Below, one piece after another: positions 33,601 through 42,871 of a DNA stretch of 42,956 nt. The stretch lies in the IMG/VR virus record IMGVR_UViG_3300048670_000236, positions 1 to 42,956 of that record. One strand, written 5' to 3'. The DNA is from a virus (lineage: Duplodnaviria > Caudoviricetes). Position 1 is the first letter of the stretch. Each line of letters starts with the position of its first letter. A model generated the notes under the pieces. That model was not told the DNA's origin. It did no database searches and saw only the letters and a program-made list of their open reading frames with translations. Both the position numbers and the translations under genes were made by a program.

Positions 33601-35553
33601 TCAGCGCACTGGACACACGCCCGAAACGCACTCGGTTTCGAGCAGGTCATCCGTGGACTTGACGGAGGAAGTGTTAACGGGGGCGAGGGTCTGGGAGTAC
33701 GCCCGCCACTCGGTCTCGGTAACCACCTCCTGCGGGAGGTAGGGGTAGCCGAGGTCGGCGGCACGCTTTGTCGGATCAGCCCGATAGATGAAGCTGACGC
33801 CCACGTAGCTGTCCCAGTTCTCGTTCAGCCAATCGATGATGCGGCTGACTTCGTGCTTGTCGTAGGACACCGTGATCGAGCAGTTGTGTTCGACGTAGTT
33901 GTCCATGACCATCTTGTACCGGTTGAGCTGGTCAACCGCGGAGTCGGTGTTCACGAGCAGACCGTTCTTCTCCGTGAACGAGACATCGTCCCAGCGAACC
34001 GGGAACGTCACGATCACGGCGGTCTTGTCCGTGGGATGCGCCATGATGCGGTACCCAGCGGCGGCAAGCTCGTGCACTATGGGGTCGTGCAGGCCAAACA
34101 TCACGTTGTTGAAGATGTGGGCACCGAGTGGCTTGTGAATGCCTTCGGTGGTGTCCATGATCTTCGAGATCGTGCCGCTCGGCTTGATCGTCGTGACAGC
34201 CTTGGGCATGGGCATGCCAAGCTCCTCGGCCATCGAGCGCGCCGCCCACTGCGCTTGGGCGTGAAGGCCCGCCCAGCGTGACGGATCGGCCTGATGCTTC
34301 CACCGCACGACGCCAGTGACGCCCACGCCGCACAGGCGTAGGAACTGGTTCAGCTCGTGCCAGCTCCGCTGCAGGATGCCGTCATCGAGGTTGACGCAGG
34401 TCTGCCGGTAGTTGGCGCGGGCCACCAGCCACACAGCGTCCTTCAGGTCGCCATAGCTGTTGTTGAACCGGCCAAGGTCAACCTCGACCAGATTGCAGAA
34501 GCTGCGGTTGCCGAGGAGAATCTCGGCGCACGGGTTCACGCCCTTGAACCACGGAGCACGTCGCGTGGCTGCTTCGGCGTTGATGAACCCCGGCTCGCTC
34601 CCGCCGCCCTGCTCCATCAGATCGAAGATGTCGTGCAGGTCGAACTTGCTGGGCTTCGAGTAGAACATCAGTGAGTTGTTCGACTGCGCGCGCTGCGGGT
34701 TGTTGACCCAGTAGTCCTTCTTGGCTGTTGCGAACTCGCGCCAATCCTTCGCGTTGGAGGGACAGAGTGCAATCTCTGCCGACCGGCGCGAGGACAGGAC
34801 GGTGCCTAGCCAGTTGAAGATGTCGAGCAGGTCCATGCGGGTGAGGAGCTGATCGACACGATTGTTCATGATACCCGCGATGGCCTCATACGCAGCAGCC
34901 AGCGGCCCGTAACCGGAGCTGATCCAGCCGTAGCCTTTGAGCCTGACACCCGAAGGCCTGATCTGCGAAAAGTCGATAACCAGTTTCGTCGCGGCATACT
35001 TACCGGCCAATATCTTACCGATAGATTTGGCCCAGGCTTCAGCGGAGTCTCCGATAGAGATGGTCCAAGTCGTGCCGTCAAAGGTCTCCACATTGTGTTC
35101 TCTGCCGCCCGCCTCCGTGCGGCTCGAAGGGATGACTTCGACAGTGACTCGCGAAGCAAAGCCGCTGAGTGCTCCTGTAACGGGTTGACCACCGACACCA
35201 CAGCCCTGCAGGAGTAGCCAAAGGGCATCGACAAAGTCGTGAACGGTTTCAAGACGGAGAAAGCTGCAGTTGAACTGCGAGGCTTCGCGGCGACGTGCAA
35301 TATCGGTACCGCCAAGCCAAAGCGATCTGCCGGCAGGTAGCGCCTTGCGCGAGATGAAGAGGTTGCGAAGAAGCTCAAGTTCGGTCTCCTGATTGCTGTT
35401 GAGGGGTTTCCCCTGCGCTCTCTCCCACAGCCATCGCTGGTGGGAGATCACGCGGGAGATCGTCTGTTCCCATGTCTCGAATTGTGTCCCCGCCTCGTTC
35501 GTGGGGCGTGAGTAGGTCCTGCGGGTGATGATGTTGGCGCGCGTTGTTGTCAT
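33601..35553 (-). CDS. nrdJ: Class II (B12-dependent) ribonucleotide reductase
   Basis: RRTYSRP, FNCSF, NPCAEI, TTIKPSGT and C-terminal CVSGVCP; no R2 subunit gene present. Confidence 0.92.
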   Translation of the reverse strand: MTTTRANIITRRTYSRPTNEAGTQFETWEQTISRVISHQRWLWERAQGKPLNSNQETELELLRNLFISRKALPAGRSLWLGGTDIARRREASQFNCSFLRLETVHDFVDALWLLLQGCGVGGQPVTGALSGFASRVTVEVIPSSRTEAGGREHNVETFDGTTWTISIGDSAEAWAKSIGKILAGKYAATKLVIDFSQIRPSGVRLKGYGWISSGYGPLAAAYEAIAGIMNNRVDQLLTRMDLLDIFNWLGTVLSSRRSAEIALCPSNAKDWREFATAKKDYWVNNPQRAQSNNSLMFYSKPSKFDLHDIFDLMEQGGGSEPGFINAEAATRRAPWFKGVNPCAEILLGNRSFCNLVEVDLGRFNNSYGDLKDAVWLVARANYRQTCVNLDDGILQRSWHELNQFLRLCGVGVTGVVRWKHQADPSRWAGLHAQAQWAARSMAEELGMPMPKAVTTIKPSGTISKIMDTTEGIHKPLGAHIFNNVMFGLHDPIVHELAAAGYRIMAHPTDKTAVIVTFPVRWDDVSFTEKNGLLVNTDSAVDQLNRYKMVMDNYVEHNCSITVSYDKHEVSRIIDWLNENWDSYVGVSFIYRADPTKRAADLGYPYLPQEVVTETEWRAYSQTLAPVNTSSVKSTDDLLETECVSGVCPVR

Positions 35554-35947
35554 TCTTTTCCTTGTTCCGTTCGAATAGGTTGCGATACCGCATGAGATAG
35601 AGCGCGGCTTCTCTCAATAGGTTCGGATCGTCGAAGAACTTTCCTAGACCTGTGTTACAGTTATGGCATAGCAGTGCCCTGCGCTTGCCGGTCGTGTGGC
35701 AGTGATCTGCGGCCAACCCCTTTCCAGTACTGCATCGTTTTCTGCATATCGCGCACTTGCCAGATTGAAGGGACAGTGCCGCTTCGTACTGCGCGTGAGA
35801 CCATCCGGTCTTATACTGCCTGACGTGTTGGTTGTTGCATTCAATGCAGTAGGGCTGCAGACCGTCCTTTGTTTTTTTGTGTTTATGGTAGCAACTCCGA
35901 AGACGGGAGCGTCCGCATTTGGGACAGAGCTTACGGCTGCTGCTCAA
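35375..35947 (-). CDS. Free-standing endonuclease VII-like homing endonuclease
   Basis: CPKC...CIEC, QSGKCAIC, DHCH, LLCHNCN; TTG start behind AGGAG; AT-richer than flanks. Confidence 0.85.
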   Translation of the reverse strand: MSSSRKLCPKCGRSRLRSCYHKHKKTKDGLQPYCIECNNQHVRQYKTGWSHAQYEAALSLQSGKCAICRKRCSTGKGLAADHCHTTGKRRALLCHNCNTGLGKFFDDPNLLREAALYLMRYRNLFERNKEKNDNNARQHHHPQDLLTPHERGGDTIRDMGTDDLPRDLPPAMAVGESAGETPQQQSGDRT

Positions 35948-36389
35948 GCCCCAACTCCTGCTGTTCAGGAGTGAATGAGTGCCCAACGCACGGATTGATT
36001 TTCACGACGTTGGTATAGGTTGGCATGCACGAGGTGAGGTCCGGGGCCTTGTAGTTCGGCCCCTTCATCACCTTGCCATCCGCACGCATGACCGGCTTCC
36101 CCGTTACCGGGGACAGTTTGGACATATTCGACTGATGCACCAGTTCGAAGGCGCGGTCGATGTTGATGCCCATCGCGATGGCAGTGCCGACGAGGACGTA
36201 GATCAGGTCTGCCATCTCCTTGGCGAAACCGTCAGACGGCTTCTCCAGATCGAGGCCTGCCGCTTCACTGCAGAACTCGGACCACTCCTCGCCGATGAGC
36301 TTCAGCCGCAGCCGGTACTCTTCGTCGGTCAGCTTGCGGGCGATGGGGTGGCCGAAGGCCTTGTGAAATTCAATGAGTTGCCAGTTCAT
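35931..36389 (-). CDS. MazG-like NTP pyrophosphohydrolase
   Basis: EFHKAFG, LIGEEWSE, KEMADLIYV, VHQSNMSK, DGKVMKG. Confidence 0.88.
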   Translation of the reverse strand: MNWQLIEFHKAFGHPIARKLTDEEYRLRLKLIGEEWSEFCSEAAGLDLEKPSDGFAKEMADLIYVLVGTAIAMGINIDRAFELVHQSNMSKLSPVTGKPVMRADGKVMKGPNYKAPDLTSCMPTYTNVVKINPCVGHSFTPEQQELGLEQQP

Positions 36390-36943
36390 CCTGCGATCAC
36401 CTTATTGATCTGGGAGTGGAGGTCTTGGATCGTGCCGCTGTTGTCGATGACTCTGTCGAACAGGTGGCTGTCGAGCTGGCCTTCGGAAACGTGACCATTC
36501 GTGGCCGATGCGCCAGGCCGGTTCACACGCCAGACCTGCGCGCCATAGAGGCTGCGGACTGCCGCGTACTCGTTGGCGAAGCGCATGTCATCGATGACGA
36601 AGCGGATCAGCGGTGCGTCCTTCACGCGCTTGAGGGCGAGGTTCACCCACAGGTCGGGCATGACGTGCTGCCTGCCCCACTCTGTCCCCAAGGTCTGCAT
36701 GAGGTGGCGAGCGGTGACACCGTTGAGCTGCTTGATCGGCCATTCCTTCTTGGAGCCATACAGGTGCTCCCAGATGTCATCGTCACTGAGGCCGGCATAG
36801 CCCAGCATGGTGTCCACCATGTCCTTCAGCGGATCGCAGAAGCGGATGAGCTTGTAGCCGTAGGCTTCGGACAGGTACTGCGCGGTCGTGGACTTGCCCG
36901 ACTGCATGACGCTGGAGTAGAGGGCGATTACGCGGGGGACCAT
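36386..36943 (-). CDS. Deoxynucleoside monophosphate kinase
   Basis: SGKST P-loop, RHLMQTLGTEWGR, DDMRFANE, HVSE; ATG 36943 behind AGGAG. Confidence 0.9.
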   Translation of the reverse strand: MVPRVIALYSSVMQSGKSTTAQYLSEAYGYKLIRFCDPLKDMVDTMLGYAGLSDDDIWEHLYGSKKEWPIKQLNGVTARHLMQTLGTEWGRQHVMPDLWVNLALKRVKDAPLIRFVIDDMRFANEYAAVRSLYGAQVWRVNRPGASATNGHVSEGQLDSHLFDRVIDNSGTIQDLHSQINKVIAG

Positions 36944-37680
36944 AGGATCGGCTCCTTCTTGGCGAAGTTGTAGAGGGTGTGGTCGAGTATCTTGGCGATA
37001 CGCGCCTGAGTGAGAGCGAACGTCTCGTCCAGACCGGCGTCGTTGAACGCCTTCAGGACACGCGGCCACCACTCTTCGGGTGGGGAGTTGAGAATCTTCT
37101 CGGCGGTCTTGGGACCGATGCCGGGACAGCCGGGATAGTTGTCCGTCTGGTCGCCGGTCAGCGTCTGGAACATGTGGATGTAGTCGAGGTTGATGCGCTG
37201 GTTCGGGTGGTCGATCTCGCCACGCCGGTAGATCGGGCAGTCGATCTGCATCATGTCCTTGTCCTCGGACACGATGATGCGCTCGCCCTTCACGATGGTC
37301 GGGTGTGTCCCCAGAATGCCCATCACGTCATCGGCTTCGAGGCCAGGTCGTTCGAACACTTCGAACATCTCCCCCAGCTTGCGCTTCAGCGCAGCGTAGA
37401 CGATGGGCTTCTGCCCTGTGCGGTTGGCCTTGTAGTCGGGGTAGAGCTGCTTGCGGAAGTTCGTGGAACTGGTGAAGCAGAGGATGACCCGCTTGGCGTA
37501 CAGTTGGTTCTTGATGCGACGGATGTCGTTGGTCGCGGCTTCGAGTGCTTCGTTGATGCTGCCAACGCGAACGACGAGGTCTTCGTCATCGTGGCCTTCA
37601 ACCTCCACGCCCATGTTGAACTCAGTTGCCGTCGCTGCTTTGTAGGCAAGCAGGTCGGCGTCGATCAGGAGTGTTGTCAT
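36928..37680 (-). CDS. 5'-3' exonuclease (gp6-like)
   Basis: LLIDAD, YKANR, EADDVMG, DKD, GDQTDNYPGCPGIG. Confidence 0.93.
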   Translation of the reverse strand: MTTLLIDADLLAYKAATATEFNMGVEVEGHDDEDLVVRVGSINEALEAATNDIRRIKNQLYAKRVILCFTSSTNFRKQLYPDYKANRTGQKPIVYAALKRKLGEMFEVFERPGLEADDVMGILGTHPTIVKGERIIVSEDKDMMQIDCPIYRRGEIDHPNQRINLDYIHMFQTLTGDQTDNYPGCPGIGPKTAEKILNSPPEEWWPRVLKAFNDAGLDETFALTQARIAKILDHTLYNFAKKEPILWSPA

Positions 37681-37686
37681 GTTCCC

Positions 37687-39456
37687 TCAGTGTGTGTCAG
37701 CCCAGTTCTTCCCGACCTTGTATTCGCCGGTCAGGGGGCATCGGACTTTGTATGCGGCCTGTGCGACTGCAATCGCTTCGACCACTGTCTTGCCGACTTG
37801 TTCGGCAATCTCGGTTGGTGCCTCGATCTGGATTTCGTCATGGCTCCACGCCACCTGATGGCAGGGCAGGCCCCGCTCGTTCAGCAGCTTGTGCGCGGTG
37901 ACGATCCACTTCTTGCAGAGCACGCCACCCGCACCCTGAAGCAGGGTGTTGAGCGCAGCGTGCTGGGACCTGACGGGCATGTGGCGTCCGTCAAGACCGA
38001 CGAGGTACTTCTTGGAACGGGAGGCTTCCTGCGCCAGCTTCGTGATCCGGTCGAGGCCGGTGTAGCGTGCGTACAGGAGGGACCGAAGCTTGGCCCCGGC
38101 TTCCCTGCCGCCGCCCACGATCTCGCCCAGCTTGGCGTCCTGTGCGCCATAGATCATGGCGTAGATCACAGGCTTGGCCATCGTGCGGGACTTGATCAGA
38201 TCGGGCGCGGCCTTCCAGTTTTCAGAGTGGATGTCGCCTTCGACCACGACCTTGGCGAAGTCGCCGCCGTCGTATCGAGCGAGGTAGTGGGCGAGCATGC
38301 GAAGCTCCAGACCCGACACGTCCACACCCACCAGAGACTTGCCAGCCGGCACCGTGAAGAGCGACCTGCACTCCTTGCCGTATGGCTTGGACACGCTGGG
38401 CACTTGGCTCATGTTGGGGCTGGAGTGGGTGGCGCGTCCGGTCGGCGTGCCGTTGGTGACGATGCGTCCGTGCATCCTGCCGTCCGGTCCCACGAGGCGC
38501 ATCCAGCCGGTCTTGCCTTCGGAGATTTGCGCGATGCGCTTCTCGATCAGGAAGTACTCGGCCAGCATCTTGGCTTCGGGGTACGGCAGGGACATGAGAA
38601 CGTCTTCGTCAATCGTGGGCTGGTTGTTCTCGCTCCAGACCTTCGGCTCCCACTGGTACTTGTGGATCAGCCGCTTGATGATGTGTGCGCGGCTGGATGG
38701 ATTGAACTCCACCCACTTCGTCTTCCAGTAGGGCACGTCCTTCTGGATGCCCTTGGCCTTGTTGTTCGCTTTGGGGATGACCTTCTCTTTCTCCCACCAT
38801 CCACCGAAGGCCTGCTTCAGCGTTGTCTCAAGCGTGTTGCGCTTCTCGGACAGGCTGGCGTACAGGGCAGCGGCAGCGGGCTGGTCGAAGAGGAAGCCAT
38901 AGTCCTCCTGTGCCCCGATGATGTGGGCCAGGTCGTGCTCAAGCTCCACGCACTCTGTCCCCCAATCGATCTTGTCGAAACGGCGGAGCAGATTGGTGGT
39001 CACTTCAACGTCTTGCTCGCAGTAGGTCTGCATCTCGGGGGTCCACTGGTCCCACGGTCCCTTGAAGTCACCCTTGTGCTGGCCGAGGCGATGGCCCCAT
39101 GACTCCAGCGAGTGCTTGCCGATGAGGCCGGCGGGCAGCTTGCCCCCCTTGTTGAGCTTGAAGTCGATTTCGTTCTTGATGTCCGGGTGGTACAGACGAG
39201 CGAGCAGCAAGGTGTCGCGGACTGTCGGGGACTTGAACCCCTTGAACACCTTGTTGATGGCAGGAACGTCGAAGCGGAGTGCATTGTGGCCTATAACCAC
39301 ATCGGCCTTTGACAGCAGCTCGATCCCGGCTGGGATGTTCTCAGGTGTGAACGAGAACTTCTCCCCGGTGTCGGGGTCTTGAGCTGCAAGGCAGTGGACT
39401 CGGTCGAGTTCCTTCAGAAACCCATTGGTTTCAATGTCGAATACGATGCGTTTCAA
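37687..39456 (-). CDS. Family A DNA polymerase (gp5-like)
   Basis: FDIET exonuclease motif, DVSGLELR, AKPVIYAMIYG, HDE. Confidence 0.97.
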   Translation of the reverse strand: MKRIVFDIETNGFLKELDRVHCLAAQDPDTGEKFSFTPENIPAGIELLSKADVVIGHNALRFDVPAINKVFKGFKSPTVRDTLLLARLYHPDIKNEIDFKLNKGGKLPAGLIGKHSLESWGHRLGQHKGDFKGPWDQWTPEMQTYCEQDVEVTTNLLRRFDKIDWGTECVELEHDLAHIIGAQEDYGFLFDQPAAAALYASLSEKRNTLETTLKQAFGGWWEKEKVIPKANNKAKGIQKDVPYWKTKWVEFNPSSRAHIIKRLIHKYQWEPKVWSENNQPTIDEDVLMSLPYPEAKMLAEYFLIEKRIAQISEGKTGWMRLVGPDGRMHGRIVTNGTPTGRATHSSPNMSQVPSVSKPYGKECRSLFTVPAGKSLVGVDVSGLELRMLAHYLARYDGGDFAKVVVEGDIHSENWKAAPDLIKSRTMAKPVIYAMIYGAQDAKLGEIVGGGREAGAKLRSLLYARYTGLDRITKLAQEASRSKKYLVGLDGRHMPVRSQHAALNTLLQGAGGVLCKKWIVTAHKLLNERGLPCHQVAWSHDEIQIEAPTEIAEQVGKTVVEAIAVAQAAYKVRCPLTGEYKVGKNWADTH

Positions 39457-39704
39457 TGGATGGTATCTTCCTCCGTGGGTTCAGCGTCATCGACAGGCAG
39501 GAGCAGGAGGTAGTGGGCTTTGATGAACTTGCCCTCCTCGTGATAGGCGACCGTCGTGATCGCCTTCTGCCCCATGCGCCTGCCGTACTCGGTGACGTAG
39601 TCGTACACGCGCCCCAGTGCGATCCAGATGTCCTCACCGGGGAGCAGCATGGTCACGACGTAGCGGGCCTGCGTGATGATGTAGTCTTCGGGTTCGTCAG
39701 TCAT
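39453..39704 (-). CDS. Hypothetical protein (83 aa)
   Basis: GAGG RBS; overlaps both neighbours. Confidence 0.65.
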   Translation of the reverse strand: MTDEPEDYIITQARYVVTMLLPGEDIWIALGRVYDYVTEYGRRMGQKAITTVAYHEEGKFIKAHYLLLLPVDDAEPTEEDTIH

Positions 39705-41307
39705 CGTCCTCACTGTTTTCGAAGTTGATGTCTACGGCTGCAAGGCGTCCTGTCCCCGCATCGTACTCAAGCGCATCGGCCAGCCCCGTCCTGCCTGCAG
39801 GTCGGTTCTTGAGGATGCGGATGCGGATGACGTTGGAGTCGGTGTCGCTCTGCTGATCGCGCTCGCCGGCCAGCACCACGTCGGAGAGCTGAGCCAGGGA
39901 CTGACTGCCGCGAAGATCGGACAGTGAGACCTGACCACCTTCCTCGTGCGGCGTACCCTGCGTGCGCTTCAGGTGGCTGACCACGAACAGCGTGCAGTTC
40001 GGCAACTCGCCGATGGCTGAGCGCAGCTTCGTCATCAGGTTGTCGATGGCGCGGCGTTCGTCAGTGATCTCGTCGTTGCCCGACACCACGATGCTCACGT
40101 GGTCGAGGAAGATGTAGCGACAGCCACATCCCTTCGCGAGGTACTTGATCTTGTTGATCAGGTTCTCGCCCTCAAGCGAACCCCAGTGGTCATAGAGGAA
40201 CAGGCGTCCGGTGCCGAGGGTGGCATCGAAGGCAGCGCGCTGCTCTTCCTCGGTGAGATCGTTCTTCACAAGCAGCGGCTTGTTGGCCGCAAGCGACATG
40301 AAGCGGATGTCACTCTCCTCGATGGTCTCTTCGAGAGCGATGTACCCGATCTTCTCATCGAGCGGTCGCGTGAGCAGGAAGTGGTACGCGATCTCCGCGC
40401 ACATGGTTGACTTGCCGATGCCGGTGCCTGCGGTCAGCAGGAAGATGCGGCTGGCCCACGCGCCCTTCAGCATGTCGTTCATCTGCGGCCACGGGAACTG
40501 CGGCAGATCGTGCGTGGTATTCATGAACGTCTTCACACGTTCCCACGTGTCGGCTGCGTTCACGATCCCGTCAGGCCGGTGGGTCTTGGCACCCCACAAG
40601 GCACTGACCAGCTCGCCACCACGCCCAGCCTTGAGCATGTCGTTCGCATCCTTGAGCGGGAGCGAGACGATCTTGGCCTTGCCGGGAGTGAGAAGCTCGG
40701 CGCATTCCTTCGCAGCCTTGCGGCCAGGCTCGTCCTGATCGAAGCAGATCACGACGGACTCGAAGCCTTCGAGGTACTGCAGCGCCTTGCGGAAGGCACC
40801 GGCTGCACCCTGTGCGCCGTTCGGTACAGATACCACAGGCCACTTGTTGCCCTGCATCTGGGACACGGACAGGGCGTCGATCTCCCCCTCCGTGACCACG
40901 ACCATGCGACCGGTCTCGCGCCACAGCCACTGGCCATAGAGCGGCAGGGCTTCCTTCATGTTGCCCAGAACGGCGAAGGTCTTGTCGGCGAAGCGCAGCT
41001 TCTGCGCGACGATGGCCCCGTCGTTGTTGCGGTAGTTCGCAATCTGCACGGGGCGTCCGTTGTACAGTCCGACCTGATAGTTCCAGTGTCGGCACGTGTC
41101 CTCGGTCAGGCCTCGCTTGTCGAGCGCCTGTGTAGTTCCTTCGAGCAGGTTCACGTTCCTCTCCCTTGTCTGTTTCTCGGAGACTTCGCCATCGCTCGGC
41201 TCGTAATGTCCGCAGCCGAAGCAATAGCCGTGGCCATCCGAGTGCCGGCCAAGGTTGTCCCTTGACCCGCACTTCGGACATGGCTCTTTAGCGACCCACT
41301 CAGTCAT
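39697..41307 (-). CDS. DNA primase-helicase (gp4-like)
   Basis: CPKC...CFGC zinc finger, EGEID TOPRIM, GTGIGKST, LDH, LRGS. Confidence 0.97.
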   Translation of the reverse strand: MTEWVAKEPCPKCGSRDNLGRHSDGHGYCFGCGHYEPSDGEVSEKQTRERNVNLLEGTTQALDKRGLTEDTCRHWNYQVGLYNGRPVQIANYRNNDGAIVAQKLRFADKTFAVLGNMKEALPLYGQWLWRETGRMVVVTEGEIDALSVSQMQGNKWPVVSVPNGAQGAAGAFRKALQYLEGFESVVICFDQDEPGRKAAKECAELLTPGKAKIVSLPLKDANDMLKAGRGGELVSALWGAKTHRPDGIVNAADTWERVKTFMNTTHDLPQFPWPQMNDMLKGAWASRIFLLTAGTGIGKSTMCAEIAYHFLLTRPLDEKIGYIALEETIEESDIRFMSLAANKPLLVKNDLTEEEQRAAFDATLGTGRLFLYDHWGSLEGENLINKIKYLAKGCGCRYIFLDHVSIVVSGNDEITDERRAIDNLMTKLRSAIGELPNCTLFVVSHLKRTQGTPHEEGGQVSLSDLRGSQSLAQLSDVVLAGERDQQSDTDSNVIRIRILKNRPAGRTGLADALEYDAGTGRLAAVDINFENSEDDD

Positions 41308-41749
41308 TGCCGGCGAAGTACGCGGCCTGCTTGTCAGCCCACCACTTCTTCACGTCGAACGCGGGGCACTCGGGCTTCTTCGGATCGAGGTCGCGATGCC
41401 CAACAACCTCCGCCGCAGGGTAAGCTGCTGTTGCTGAGCGGAGGGTTTTCTCCAGAGTCGCAAGCTGGGCTTCGGTGTAGTTGAACTCGGCTTTCTTCCC
41501 GTCATCGGACAGCCCGCCTACAAGGCAGATGCCGATGGAGTTGTGGTTGCGCCCGGACACGTGCGCGCCCGCGACTCCGATTGCGCGGCCAGTTTCGAGG
41601 CGACCATCGCGACGGATGATGTAATGATAGCCAACGTCAGTAAAACCCCGATCAAGGTGCCAACGGCGTATCTCTTTGACTCCGACATCCTGTCCCTTCT
41701 TTGTTGCTGCGTGATGAACTACGATGAACTTGGTTGACTTGCGCTGCAT
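41300..41749 (-). CDS. N-acetylmuramoyl-L-alanine amidase (T7 lysozyme gp3.5-like)
   Basis: IVVHH, IRRWH, VGYHY, GAHV, GHRDL, CPAF. Confidence 0.93.
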   Translation of the reverse strand: MQRKSTKFIVVHHAATKKGQDVGVKEIRRWHLDRGFTDVGYHYIIRRDGRLETGRAIGVAGAHVSGRNHNSIGICLVGGLSDDGKKAEFNYTEAQLATLEKTLRSATAAYPAAEVVGHRDLDPKKPECPAFDVKKWWADKQAAYFAGND

Positions 41750-42072
41750 ACGAACCTCTTGAGCAGCCGCTGCCAGGTGTCCCACTTGAGGACCACGAGG
41801 GGCGGCTCGTTGTTTGGTTTGAGAATGAGACCATCGGTGCGAGCGATCTGCTGTCGGATCGTCTTCCAATCGTCCTTGCGTGCCTTGGCTTCGAACGTCA
41901 GGACGAACTCCTTCGCGAGTTCGACCTTCAGGTCTTCCCCGTCCATCTGGACGAGGCGACCCTTCACCGCGCCGGAGTGTGGGGCACGCTCTGCAGCGAA
42001 CCCCATCTCCTTGTGCGCGTTCACGAGTTCACGTTCGACACGTGCACCCTTGTTCCGCTGCATGCGTCCCAT
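41719..42072 (-). CDS. Holliday junction resolvase, Hjc-like PD-(D/E)xK
   Basis: RNKGARVEREL, SGA, DL and EAK motifs. Confidence 0.75.
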   Translation of the reverse strand: MGRMQRNKGARVERELVNAHKEMGFAAERAPHSGAVKGRLVQMDGEDLKVELAKEFVLTFEAKARKDDWKTIRQQIARTDGLILKPNNEPPLVVLKWDTWQRLLKRFVCSASQPSSS

Positions 42073-42734
42073 CAGAAGTCCACGCCATCGTCCGGTTCTG
42101 CAGCAGAGCCGCCGCTCTCGGCAGCGCCCGTCTCTGCCGGGGCATCCGAGGTCTCCGCGGTGAACTCAAAGGCATCATCATCATCCTCCGCTTCGAACTT
42201 CGCGTCCTCGCCAGAGAACGTGTTCAGCTTGATGACCTGCACGCCGCGCATCTTGAGCGACACACCCACGCCGAGGGCCGGCACGTAGTACGGGGACAGG
42301 AAGCCGTTGATCTTGATGATCGAGCCGCTGCCCATCGCCGGGACCTTGTCCACCGGGATCAGGTTGCCCTTCGCGTCGGCGACTGCGACGTGGTTCTTGA
42401 CCTTCTTGCCGTCGATGTTCGACTCGGCAGGCTTCTTGAAGCGGAACTTGATCAGCCCCGTGGTTTCATCCGTCGAGTACGGAGGGTCCACTTCCTTCGG
42501 CTTCTTGCCGCCAGCCTTCACCTCGGCCAAGGCCGCTGCCTTGATCTTGTCGATGGCGTCGATGAGCGGCTGAGCGTCAGCCTCGCTGAGCAGGATCGTC
42601 GCGGTGTAATCACCCGCGCCACCCTCGGCGAACTTCGTGTTCGGCTTGTTGATCCAGAGGTACTGGCCAATGCCCTTCTTCGTCTGGACCTTCTCGCCCT
42701 TGACTGTCTTGAACTTGAACGGTGTGCCCTTCAT
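42072..42734 (-). CDS. Single-stranded DNA-binding protein (gp2.5-like)
   Basis: KPNTKF, GSGS, GVSLKMRGVQVI, acidic tail ending in DF. Confidence 0.93.
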   Translation of the reverse strand: MKGTPFKFKTVKGEKVQTKKGIGQYLWINKPNTKFAEGGAGDYTATILLSEADAQPLIDAIDKIKAAALAEVKAGGKKPKEVDPPYSTDETTGLIKFRFKKPAESNIDGKKVKNHVAVADAKGNLIPVDKVPAMGSGSIIKINGFLSPYYVPALGVGVSLKMRGVQVIKLNTFSGEDAKFEAEDDDDAFEFTAETSDAPAETGAAESGGSAAEPDDGVDF

Positions 42735-42871
42735 GAGCTGTATTTTCCTTCGAGTTGCTGGATTGAAATGCCCTCTTCAGCCAGCCGTGCGGCCAGCGTC
42801 AGGGGGACGGGTATGCCTCGCTTGATCAGGGCCACTGCCTGACGCACGAGGTATTCTGTATAGCGTTGCAT
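42731..42871 (-). CDS. Small hypothetical protein (46 aa) between RNAP and SSB
   Basis: Manual translation MQRYTEYLVRQAVALIKRGIPVPLTLAARLAEEG...; ATGA overlap with SSB. Confidence 0.6.
   Translation of the reverse strand: MQRYTEYLVRQAVALIKRGIPVPLTLAARLAEEGISIQQLEGKYSS

Noticed and set aside
35584-35594. Partial operator match CATGCGGTATC, and a weaker one near 4143-4154
   Set aside because: Lack the TTG flank and second unit and lie within coding sequence; likely chance
35375-35947. Second intron around the free-standing endonuclease
   Set aside because: No P7 or R/S elements, and both flanking genes are complete
36979-39102. 707-aa plus-strand ORF, and likewise 26394-27896 and 28139-29515
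   Set aside because: Antisense to well-supported genes; V/D/H/L-rich shadow composition
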